Below are positions 36,176 to 45,206 of a DNA stretch of 64,000 bases, piece after piece; the stretch's first letter is position 1; each line of letters begins with the position of its first letter. Source of the DNA: Candidatus Magasanikiibacteriota bacterium (GTDB lineage: Bacteria > Patescibacteriota > Patescibacteriia > Magasanikbacterales > GWA2-37-8); contig JBAYHH010000003.1 in the NCBI GenBank assembly GCA_041666265.1, forward strand, positions 2,020 to 66,019, in the 5' to 3' direction. The notes under the pieces were generated by a model. The model saw only the letters and a list, made by a program, of their open reading frames with translations, searched no databases and was not told where the DNA came from. A program made the position numbers and the translations under genes.

Positions 36176-37052
36176 AAAAAAGATATTTTTAACAGGCGGC
36201 GGAGGATTTGTTGGAAAAAATATTCTGGAACAACTTGGTGACAAATATGAATTTATTGCGCCCCGCAGTAGTGAGCTTGATTTGACCAATTCCGATAAAG
36301 TGTTTAGTTTTGTGCAATCTCTGCGACCAGATTTGGTAATACATGCGGCCAAAAAAGGCGGTTCCAGAAAAGATCCAAATTCTACTGATATTTGTTTTAA
36401 AGATTTGCAAATGTTTTTTAATATTGTTCGTAGTCGAAAATATTTTGGTAGGATGATAATGTTTGGTAGCGGAGCCGAGTACGACAAAAGATTTGATATC
36501 GCCGAAGTTAAAGAAGATTTTTTTGAAACTCGCATGCCGGTGGATCAGTACGGTTTTTATAAATATATCTGCGCCCAATATGCCGCCAGAGTTGATTTTA
36601 TCACCCACTTGCGTATTTTTGGGGTATTTGGCAAATATGAGGATTTCACCATTCGTTTTATCTCCAATAATATTTGTCGAGCACTATTTGGCCTACCTAT
36701 CTCCGTTAATCAGGATACTTTTTTTGAATATATTTTCGTAGATGATTTTATTAAGATCTTGGATTATTTTATTAATAATCCCAGTAAAGAAAAATTTTAC
36801 AACATCGGAAATGGTAGTAAATTATCATTATTGGATATTGGTAATAAAATATTAAAAAAATCGGGGAAAGATATTCCAATCCTGCTTAAAAAAACTGGGT
36901 TAAACAAGGAATACACTTGTAATATTGATCGTCTGAAAAATGAAATTCCCGACCTGTCTTTTATATCGATTGATGAAGCGATTGATAAATTATTTTTATA
37001 TTATTCCAAAAATATTAAAAATATTAAAAAAGAAGATATTTTATTTGATTAA
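36165..37052 (+). CDS. NAD(P)-dependent sugar epimerase/reductase (extended SDR)
   Basis: IFLTGGGGFVGKNI Rossmann motif; 295 aa. Confidence 0.65.
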   Translation: MKDKKKIFLTGGGGFVGKNILEQLGDKYEFIAPRSSELDLTNSDKVFSFVQSLRPDLVIHAAKKGGSRKDPNSTDICFKDLQMFFNIVRSRKYFGRMIMFGSGAEYDKRFDIAEVKEDFFETRMPVDQYGFYKYICAQYAARVDFITHLRIFGVFGKYEDFTIRFISNNICRALFGLPISVNQDTFFEYIFVDDFIKILDYFINNPSKEKFYNIGNGSKLSLLDIGNKILKKSGKDIPILLKKTGLNKEYTCNIDRLKNEIPDLSFISIDEAIDKLFLYYSKNIKNIKKEDILFD

Positions 37053-37057
37053 CTAAT

Positions 37058-38368
37058 ATGTCACTAAACGAAAAAATTATTCAGGGCATAAATGAAGAAT
37101 ATCAGAAAATGTTTCCGGTAAAAAAATTTGTTCCGGGAGTTTCGGCCGTGCCGGTTTCCGGAAAAGTATTTGATGAGCGCGAAATTCTGAACGGTGTAGA
37201 AGCGATTCTGGATGGTTGGTGGACCGAAGGTAGATTTAGTGATCAGTTTGAGAGTAAATTAGCGCGTTGGCTTGGGGTTAAAAATGTTACCTTAGTAAAT
37301 TCTGGGTCTTCCGCCAATCTCATTGCTGTATCGGCACTAACCTCCAAAAAATTAGGAGATAGATGTTTGCGACCGGGAGATGAAGTGATTACTGTTGCCG
37401 CTGCTTTTCCCAGCACTGTGAATCCGATTATTCAAAATGGCCTTGTTCCAGTATTTGTTGATGTTGAGCTCGGCCATTATAATGCCTCTATGGACGAAGT
37501 TAGGAAAGCCATCTCCCCCAAGACGAAAGCGATATTTATTGCCCACACTCTCGGTAATCCTTTTGATCTGGATAGTATGGTGCAATTTTGCAAAGAGCAT
37601 CATTTGTGGCTGATTGAAGATAATTGCGATGCCCTTGGGGCGATGTATGGAGATAAGAAAACCGGTACATTTGGTCATATCGCGACCTGCAGTTTTTACC
37701 CCGCGCACCACATAACTTTAGGTGAGGGTGGGGCAGTGTTCACTAGCGACGATGTCTTGGCGCGTATTATTCGTTCTGTGCGCGATTGGGGCAGAGACTG
37801 CCATTGTAAGACCGGTCAAGACAATACTTGTGGTATGCGCTTTGGTTGGCAATTAGGTAAATTACCGTTTGGTTATGACCATAAATATGTTTACTCCGAA
37901 ATCGGCTATAACCTTAAGTTAACAGATATGCAGGCGGCTATCGGTTTGGCTCAGTTAGATAAGCTGGATAATTTTGTCGCTAAACGGCGAAATAATTTTG
38001 ATACACTTTACAATGGTCTAACGAAGTTTGAAAAATATTTTATCTTACCAAAGCATCAGGATAAGGCGAAGCCAAGCTGGTTTGGTTTTCTGTTAACCGT
38101 AAAACCAGACGCCCCGTTTACCAGAGAAGAAATCATCACTCATTTACAGAATGAGCAGGTTGCTACCAGGTATTTATTTGGAGGTAATTTATTGAAACAG
38201 CCGTATTTTGTTGATAACGAGATTAATTATCGAGTAATTGGCGATTTACCAAACACTGATCTTATTATGAATAATACTTTTTGGGTCGGAGTATATCCTG
38301 GTATTACTACGGAGATGGCCGAATATATAGTTTCTTCCATTCAATCATTTTGTCAGAAATATGCCTAA
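37058..38368 (+). CDS. ddhC: CDP-6-deoxy-D-xylo-4-hexulose-3-dehydrase (E1, PMP-dependent, [2Fe-2S])
   Basis: DegT/DnrJ/EryC1 fold with ILDGWWTEGRF. The active-site Lys is replaced by His (SFYPAHHIT), plus a C-x-C-x7-C cysteine motif (DCHCKTGQDNTC), both characteristic of E1 rather than aminotransferases. 436 aa. Confidence 0.85.
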   Translation: MSLNEKIIQGINEEYQKMFPVKKFVPGVSAVPVSGKVFDEREILNGVEAILDGWWTEGRFSDQFESKLARWLGVKNVTLVNSGSSANLIAVSALTSKKLGDRCLRPGDEVITVAAAFPSTVNPIIQNGLVPVFVDVELGHYNASMDEVRKAISPKTKAIFIAHTLGNPFDLDSMVQFCKEHHLWLIEDNCDALGAMYGDKKTGTFGHIATCSFYPAHHITLGEGGAVFTSDDVLARIIRSVRDWGRDCHCKTGQDNTCGMRFGWQLGKLPFGYDHKYVYSEIGYNLKLTDMQAAIGLAQLDKLDNFVAKRRNNFDTLYNGLTKFEKYFILPKHQDKAKPSWFGFLLTVKPDAPFTREEIITHLQNEQVATRYLFGGNLLKQPYFVDNEINYRVIGDLPNTDLIMNNTFWVGVYPGITTEMAEYIVSSIQSFCQKYA

Positions 38369-39245
38369 AACATTATTGCTTACCGGTGGAACTGGATTTT
38401 TAGGGAGCAATTTATTAAAAAAATTATTATCAGAAAATTATCGAATTGTTTTGGCAAAGCGATCCTTTTCTAATATTTGGCGTATTAGCGATAACATATC
38501 GAAAGTTAAATTTTATGATATTGATAGGCAGGATTTATCGGTAATATTTGATGAGCAAAAGATCGATGTAATATTACATTGTGCCACTGATTATGGAAGG
38601 AAACAAGTAAACCCACTTCAGATTATTGAGGCCAATTTGATTCTACCTCTAAAATTATTACAGTTGGGAAAAGAGCGGGGAGTAAAGTATTTTATCAATA
38701 CTGATACGGTTTTGGATAAGCGTGTTAATGATTACACATTATCCAAGAAGCAATTCATAGATTGGCTTGGTACATACAAACACGATTTGGTTTGTATTAA
38801 TATGGCCTTAGAACATTTTTTTGGGCCAGGTGATGATAAGACAAAATTTGTGTCGTTTATTTTGGACAATCTATATAACAATGTCGACAAAATTGATCTC
38901 ACTAAAGGCGAACAGAAAAGAGACTTTGTTTATATCGACGATGTGGTCAGCGCTTTTATGGTGGTCATAAACAATCTCGACAAATGGCGGCACGGTTTTT
39001 TTCATTATGAGGTTGGCACCAATCAACTAACCTCAATTAAAGAGTTTGTGGGCAAGATTAAAGCAATTATTGGTAATGGTAAAACCTTATTAAATTTTGG
39101 CGCTCTTCCATACCGAGAGGGCGAGGTGATGACTTCGAGCGCTGATACAACAGCTATTCATCTATTGGGTTGGTCACCGCGATACGATGTTGATTCTGGG
39201 TTACGCGAAACAATCGCTATGGAAAATAAATTGAGAAATATTTAA
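38361..39245 (+). CDS. NAD(P)-dependent nucleotide-sugar reductase/epimerase (abequose/paratose-synthase-like or YerF-like)
   Basis: LLLTGGTGFLGSNLLKKLL Rossmann motif; 294 aa; sits in the CDP-dideoxyhexose block. Confidence 0.65.
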   Translation: MPKTLLLTGGTGFLGSNLLKKLLSENYRIVLAKRSFSNIWRISDNISKVKFYDIDRQDLSVIFDEQKIDVILHCATDYGRKQVNPLQIIEANLILPLKLLQLGKERGVKYFINTDTVLDKRVNDYTLSKKQFIDWLGTYKHDLVCINMALEHFFGPGDDKTKFVSFILDNLYNNVDKIDLTKGEQKRDFVYIDDVVSAFMVVINNLDKWRHGFFHYEVGTNQLTSIKEFVGKIKAIIGNGKTLLNFGALPYREGEVMTSSADTTAIHLLGWSPRYDVDSGLRETIAMENKLRNI

Positions 39246-39260
39246 TATGAAATATTTAAT

Positions 39261-40277
39261 ATGAAATATTTAATCACCGGTGGTTGTGGTTTCCTTGGGT
39301 CAAATTTGGCGCAACAAGTCATAAACAGGGGAGAGGAACTAATAATTTTAGATAATTTATCTCGTTTTGGTTCCGAAGAAAATTTATTATGGTTGCGGAG
39401 TTTGGGTCAATTCAAATTTATAAAGGCAGACATTAGAAATGTTGGCGATGTTGAGCGGATAATTAAAGACGAAAAACCGGATGTAGTATTTCATTTGGCT
39501 GGTCAGGTGGCCATGACCAATTCAATTGCAGATCCCAGAAAAGACTTTGAAACAAATGCCGGTGGCACTTTTAATTTATTAGATTCTGTCAGAAAATTTT
39601 CACCAGATTCGATTGTGATATACTCCTCGACCAATAAAGTTTATGGTGATTTGGAGCGGTTAGAATATTTGGAAACAAACAAACGCTACATCACACCCCA
39701 ATATCCCAATGGCTTACCGGAGTCTACTCCGCTCAGTTTTTCTTCGCCCTACGGATGTTCAAAAGGTTCCGCGGACCAGTATATGTTAGATTTTCACCGT
39801 GTTTACGGTTTAAGGACAATAGTATTTCGGCATTCCTCCATGTATGGTGGTAGGCAATTTCCAACTTATGATCAAGGCTGGATTGGTTGGTTTTGCGAAC
39901 AGGCTTTAAAAACAAAGCAGGGGAGTTTGTCAGAGTCGTTCACTATATCTGGTAATGGTAAGCAGGTGAGAGATGTTTTGCACGCCGAGGATATGGTTAA
40001 TTTGTATTTTTTGGCGGCAGAAAAAGCCGAATCTATTACCGGTGAAGTTTTTAATATCGGCGGCGGCGCGCAGAATAGCCTATCTTTATTGGAGCTTTTT
40101 GACATTTTAGAAGATGAATTAATAGTAAAATTAAGTTACCGACAGTTACCACATAGAGAAAGCGATCAAAAAGTCTTTATAGCCGATATCAATAAAGCCG
40201 GTAGATTAATTGGCTGGCAGCCAAAGGTAAACGCTCGACAAGGGATACAAAAAATGATAGAATGGATCAATCAATAA
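39261..40277 (+). CDS. CDP-paratose/tyvelose 2-epimerase homolog
   Basis: [105 protein letters not shown]: block-by-block match to RfbE/Tyv. Confidence 0.85.
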   Translation: MKYLITGGCGFLGSNLAQQVINRGEELIILDNLSRFGSEENLLWLRSLGQFKFIKADIRNVGDVERIIKDEKPDVVFHLAGQVAMTNSIADPRKDFETNAGGTFNLLDSVRKFSPDSIVIYSSTNKVYGDLERLEYLETNKRYITPQYPNGLPESTPLSFSSPYGCSKGSADQYMLDFHRVYGLRTIVFRHSSMYGGRQFPTYDQGWIGWFCEQALKTKQGSLSESFTISGNGKQVRDVLHAEDMVNLYFLAAEKAESITGEVFNIGGGAQNSLSLLELFDILEDELIVKLSYRQLPHRESDQKVFIADINKAGRLIGWQPKVNARQGIQKMIEWINQ

Positions 40278-40984
40278 GAATGAAATTTATGGAAAATAAA
40301 GAATTGAGCATCATAATCCCGGCGTATTTAGAAGAAGAAAACCTTAGAATAATTCTGCCGCGTCTTAATGCTATTCTTCAAGAAATTGGTGATAATTGCG
40401 AAATTCTGGTGGTGGATACTATGGAAAAGATGGATAATACCAAAATGGTTTGCGAAGAATATGGGGCTACTTATATCAACAGGATAGGCGGTAATGATTA
40501 CGGAGACGCCATCAGAACCGGTATCAGCCGTGCCAGCGGGCAATATACAATTTTTATGGACGCAGACGGGTCTCATGACCCAGAATTTATAAAGAATTTG
40601 TACAATATCAAAGATAATTACGATGTAGTGATAGCGTCAAGATATATAGCCGGTGGGAATACTGATAATAGTAAATTGTTGATACTAATGAGTTTGGTTG
40701 TCAATGTTGCTTATTCTTTAATATTAAATATTAAGTGCAAGGATATCTCTAATAGTTTTAAATTATATAAGACGGATGATTTAAGAGATTTAAGGTTGAT
40801 GTGCAATAATTTTGATATTGTCGAAGAAATTTTGTTTAAATTGAAAAAGAAAAAGCACAATCTGCGCATAAAAGAATTGCCATTTCTTTTCAAAAAGAGA
40901 ATATTCGGTCATACTAAGAGAAATTTATTTGTGTTTATGCTTTCTTATATCGTCACAATAGTTAAGTTAAGATTTTCTAAGTAA
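40262..40984 (+). CDS. family 2 glycosyltransferase (DPM1/GtrB-like)
   Basis: [14 protein letters not shown]...ILVVD...[10 protein letters not shown]. Confidence 0.7.
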   Translation: MDQSIRMKFMENKELSIIIPAYLEEENLRIILPRLNAILQEIGDNCEILVVDTMEKMDNTKMVCEEYGATYINRIGGNDYGDAIRTGISRASGQYTIFMDADGSHDPEFIKNLYNIKDNYDVVIASRYIAGGNTDNSKLLILMSLVVNVAYSLILNIKCKDISNSFKLYKTDDLRDLRLMCNNFDIVEEILFKLKKKKHNLRIKELPFLFKKRIFGHTKRNLFVFMLSYIVTIVKLRFSK

Positions 40985-41000
40985 TTTTTGTGTTAAAAAT

Positions 41001-42257
41001 ATGAACAGTGGGATAATAGAAATTTTACAAAAATTAACTAAGCCAATTTTTTTGTTATATGCCATTATCGCTACTTTCTCCGTAGCCAATTTTCCGGCTG
41101 TAAAATTTGCTCAATTTTTTGGAATTAGCCAAGATGACTCTATAATATTGCGTGGTTTTATTTTTTTTATTGCCATTATAATATTATTTTATTTTTCCTT
41201 CAAAAATATTAACAGTCTAAAATCTTATCTATCACGAGATGTCTTTTTTCGTTCAGCCATAATATTTTTAGCATTATCGGCGCTGGTCTCTACTTTGCGC
41301 GTCATGTTTATGGGCGATGTTTATGCGCACATTGCCATATCACCATTTGGCCAAGATACCGGATTTTTTTATCGTAGGATTTTAGAGCCAGCCTTAGCGT
41401 ATTTTTTGCAGTTTAAGGGTCCATTTTTATATACTATTTTGCATTTTCTAATAACATACTCATGTATTTACATGATTATCTTATGGCTTGAAAAAAAGCT
41501 ATTGGTGAAGTTAAAAATTTGGCAACTGGTAAGTATTATGACCGCCGGCATGATGATTATGCAGTTTCAATCTCCGGGATATCCAGATCAGATAATATTG
41601 CTGTTATGTTTGTTGTCAATGTTTATTCCAATGGATAAATACAGCAGAATAAGCTTGCTGTCATTAATGTTTTTGTCTCACGAATCCGCTGCATTATTTT
41701 TGGGATTTGTTTTCATTTGGTTTTATTTTCCCAAGGAAGAGCGAAAATTTTACGTGCCGATAGTCGCGTTTAATTATTTTTTATGGCTGGCCAATTATAA
41801 TTTTAGTTTTGTGGGATTATTTTTAGGTCATTTGACGCTGGGCAACGACAATGCGCTGGGTATTCTTTTAAAAAATATAAAATTGGCGATATTGTCCGTA
41901 TTTTTTGCCTACAAATTTTTATGGCTATTTGTTTTATCCGGCCTATATTATTGTATAAAAAATAAAGACAATAAATTATTTTGGCAGATAGCTGTCATGG
42001 TTTTTGCGCCTTTAATATTGGTTGTCGTTCCGGATACTTCGCGTGTTGTGGCTTGGGGCTATGTTGGTGTTTTTTTAGCTATTACTTATTCTTACAAGTA
42101 TCTGCGCAGCCGAGCGTTTAATCTGATTTTGACAGTCAACCTACTATTGCCCAGTGTAGCAGTCGGAATAAGTACTGGCGGCGCCGTTTCTTATCCCGGT
42201 TTATATGGTTTAGTCATTCATTTATTTAAGTTATTTGTTAAAAATTACCTAATGTAA
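41001..42257 (+). CDS. hypothetical polytopic membrane protein (candidate polymerase/GT-C)
   Basis: About 10-12 hydrophobic segments and no soluble-domain motifs. Confidence 0.45.
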   Translation: MNSGIIEILQKLTKPIFLLYAIIATFSVANFPAVKFAQFFGISQDDSIILRGFIFFIAIIILFYFSFKNINSLKSYLSRDVFFRSAIIFLALSALVSTLRVMFMGDVYAHIAISPFGQDTGFFYRRILEPALAYFLQFKGPFLYTILHFLITYSCIYMIILWLEKKLLVKLKIWQLVSIMTAGMMIMQFQSPGYPDQIILLLCLLSMFIPMDKYSRISLLSLMFLSHESAALFLGFVFIWFYFPKEERKFYVPIVAFNYFLWLANYNFSFVGLFLGHLTLGNDNALGILLKNIKLAILSVFFAYKFLWLFVLSGLYYCIKNKDNKLFWQIAVMVFAPLILVVVPDTSRVVAWGYVGVFLAITYSYKYLRSRAFNLILTVNLLLPSVAVGISTGGAVSYPGLYGLVIHLFKLFVKNYLM

Positions 42258-42273
42258 AGTTAAATGATCTGGT

Positions 42274-44241
42274 ATGGTGAACAAAAGAAATGTTTATTTG
42301 TGTCAGGTAGGCAATAAGTACGGAGATAATGTTTTTTTACCGTATTCTACAGGTGTGATTATTAGTTATTGTCTTTCTATCGAACAAATAAAGGAAAATT
42401 TTGAATTTAAAGATAATTTGTTTCTAAAAGAAAATATTGAAGATGTGATAAAAAGGTTGGACAATCCGGCAGTTTTTGGTTTTTCTTCCTATATCTGGAA
42501 TTTTGAATATAATAAAAGTTTAGCCAAGCAAATAAAGACTAAATTTCCCGAATGCCTAATTGTATTTGGTGGCCATCATGTTCCATTTTTTTCGGAAGGT
42601 TTTTTTGTCGACCATGAATATATAGACATCTTGGTTCATGGCGATGGGGAATTTATTTTTTCGGAGATTTTATTAGAATTATTGTCGCCAAAACCGGATT
42701 TTACTAAAGTCAAAAATATTAGCATTAATGTTGGTGGAAAAACTTTAAAAATGGAGATGGATCGGTATAAGATAGATATTAATCAAATTCCTTCCCCATA
42801 TCTTAATGGAGTTTTTGATGAAATAATTAAGTTGCCATATTCTTTTACCGCCAGCATAGAGACTAATCGCGGCTGTCCTTATGGATGTGCGTATTGCGAT
42901 TGGGGATCACCATTAACAAGTTGCAAAAGTATCATCCCTTTTGACAAAGAAAGGGTGGACAATGAAATTGAATGGTTTGGTAAGAATAAAATAGAATATG
43001 TTATGGGTTGTGATTCTAATTTTGGAATATTGCCCAGAGACAATAAATTTATAGACAAATTCATTGAAGTCAAAAATCAATATGGTTTTCCGCGTAAATT
43101 TAGAGTAGCTTATGCCAAAAATAGTAATCAGGCAATTTTTGAAATGAACAGAAAGCTCAATGAAAGTAAGATGTGCAAGGGGGTAACACTGTCATTCCAG
43201 AGTTTGTATAATGAAACTCTGAAAGCAATCGGCAGAATTAATTTGCGCTTAGAGAATTTCAAAGAACTTTTACAGCAGTATAACAATGAAGGCATACCCA
43301 CTTATACCGAAATAATATTAGGTTTGCCCAACGAAACCTATGATACTTTTTGTGAAGGTCTAAATATTCTATTGGAAAACGGACAGCATAGCTCCATTAA
43401 TGTTTATAATTGCGAGGTTTTTCCCAACTCGATGATGGGCGATACTAAATACAAGGAGTTTTACGGCATCAAATCGGTCCGTATTCCAGTTGTTTTGTCT
43501 CATTCTTTGCCAGATATCAACGAAATTCGCGAGTATGATGAAATAGTGATTGGAACCAACACCATGTCGATTGACGAGTGGAAAGAATCTTGTATTTTTT
43601 CTTGGGCCATCCAATGTTTTCATTGTTTGGGTCTGACACAGTATATATCTATTTTTGCCCGCAATGAACATAATATTACCTACTCACAATTTTACAGGGA
43701 TTTAATTGATTATGGCAGGAATAACCAGGGCTCTATAATTGGTCGCGAATTGAGTGTTGTATCTAAAATTATAGATGGTGTTATCGGTGGTAATAGTTGG
43801 GAATTTGTAATTGATAAATTTGGGGAAATAAGTTGGACTATCGAAGAAGGATCTTTTCTGAACATTGTTGTGGGTAAAAAAGAATTTTATGATGAATTAA
43901 AAGAGTATTTATTATCATATCTAGATAAGGACGAATCTGGCAAAATTTTAGATTTGATAAATTATTCATCCCAAATGGTGATTGATCCTTTTTGCAAACA
44001 AATTATGGAATTGGATTTGAGTTATGATTTTAATCGGTATTTTAACGAGTTTTATAGGGGTACCGATAAGCCGGTGTTAACAAGTCGCAAGAATAAGCTT
44101 ATTTTTTCAGGGATTGAAGAATTTGGCGGAGATTTACCCGGTTATGCTAGAGAAATTATTTGGTACGGTAGAAAAGGCGGAAGATTCTTCCATGGTCAAA
44201 ATAAGATTAGCACCAAATATAGTGATCAATCACCAAATTAA
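42274..44241 (+). CDS. cobalamin-binding radical SAM enzyme (class B radical SAM, methyltransferase-like)
   Basis: N-terminal B12-binding-like domain followed by a CxxxCxxC motif (RGCPYGCAYCDWG). 655 aa. Confidence 0.75.
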   Translation: MVNKRNVYLCQVGNKYGDNVFLPYSTGVIISYCLSIEQIKENFEFKDNLFLKENIEDVIKRLDNPAVFGFSSYIWNFEYNKSLAKQIKTKFPECLIVFGGHHVPFFSEGFFVDHEYIDILVHGDGEFIFSEILLELLSPKPDFTKVKNISINVGGKTLKMEMDRYKIDINQIPSPYLNGVFDEIIKLPYSFTASIETNRGCPYGCAYCDWGSPLTSCKSIIPFDKERVDNEIEWFGKNKIEYVMGCDSNFGILPRDNKFIDKFIEVKNQYGFPRKFRVAYAKNSNQAIFEMNRKLNESKMCKGVTLSFQSLYNETLKAIGRINLRLENFKELLQQYNNEGIPTYTEIILGLPNETYDTFCEGLNILLENGQHSSINVYNCEVFPNSMMGDTKYKEFYGIKSVRIPVVLSHSLPDINEIREYDEIVIGTNTMSIDEWKESCIFSWAIQCFHCLGLTQYISIFARNEHNITYSQFYRDLIDYGRNNQGSIIGRELSVVSKIIDGVIGGNSWEFVIDKFGEISWTIEEGSFLNIVVGKKEFYDELKEYLLSYLDKDESGKILDLINYSSQMVIDPFCKQIMELDLSYDFNRYFNEFYRGTDKPVLTSRKNKLIFSGIEEFGGDLPGYAREIIWYGRKGGRFFHGQNKISTKYSDQSPN

Positions 44242-44252
44242 TATCTAATCTC

Positions 44253-45197
44253 ATGAATATGGAAAAGAAGAAAATTGATATACTTGTACCGTGTTATAAC
44301 GAAGTGCAGAATATTGGCGAGTTATACCTAGAAGTTAAAAAAGTGATAGGTAATTTTGTTAATTATCACTTTGAGTTTTTGTTTATAGATAACGCCTCAA
44401 CCGATGGCACCGATATTTTATTAAGGAAGATGGCGTCAGAGGATAAGCAAATTAAAGTTATATTAAACAGCCGTAATTTTGGCTGTATCAGATCACCTTA
44501 TTATGGTTTGTTACAAACCAACGCCGATGCCGTGATTATGATGGCGGCCGATTTTCAAGAGCCGCCAGAACTTATTCCTGAATTTATAAAAAGATGGGAG
44601 GAAGGAAGTCAGATGGTGATTGGTATAAAAAATAAAAGCAAGGAAAGTAAATTGATGTTTTTTCTCCGTCAGGTGTATTATTTTTTGATAAAAAAATTCT
44701 CCGAAGTAGAGCAGGTTTCCAATTTTACCAATTTCGGCCTGTATGACAAATCGTTTATAGATATTTTGCGAAATTTAGAGGAGTATTCTCCTTATTTTAG
44801 AGGATTGGTATGCGAGTTTGGTCTTAAGCGCTCCGAGGTATTTTATGTTCAGCCAGTTAGAAAACACGGTAAAAGCAGTAATAATTTTTATACTCTCTAT
44901 GATATGGCCATGAATGGTTTTGTAAATCATTCAAAATTACCTTTGCGTTTGGCAAGTTTAATCGGTTTTTTGTGTTCTTTTGTCAGTTTGTTGGTTGCGA
45001 TTGTGTATTTTTTTTACAAATTGCTATTTTGGAATGAATTTCAACTCGGTCTAGCCCCACTGGTAATTGGCATATTCTTTTTTTCCGCGGTTCAGTTATT
45101 TTTTATTGGTATTGTTGGTGAATATGTCGGAGCCATTTATACGCAAGTTAAAAAGCGCCCTTTGGTGACAGAAAGAGAGAGAATAAATTTTAATTAG
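44253..45197 (+). CDS. polyprenyl-phosphate glycosyltransferase (GtrB/ArnC-like GT2 with C-terminal TM helices)
   Basis: IDILVPCYNE, DNASTDGT, DADFQEPPE, plus two C-terminal TM helices. Confidence 0.8.
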   Translation: MNMEKKKIDILVPCYNEVQNIGELYLEVKKVIGNFVNYHFEFLFIDNASTDGTDILLRKMASEDKQIKVILNSRNFGCIRSPYYGLLQTNADAVIMMAADFQEPPELIPEFIKRWEEGSQMVIGIKNKSKESKLMFFLRQVYYFLIKKFSEVEQVSNFTNFGLYDKSFIDILRNLEEYSPYFRGLVCEFGLKRSEVFYVQPVRKHGKSSNNFYTLYDMAMNGFVNHSKLPLRLASLIGFLCSFVSLLVAIVYFFYKLLFWNEFQLGLAPLVIGIFFFSAVQLFFIGIVGEYVGAIYTQVKKRPLVTERERINFN

Positions 45198-45206
45198 AGA
45201 TAATGT

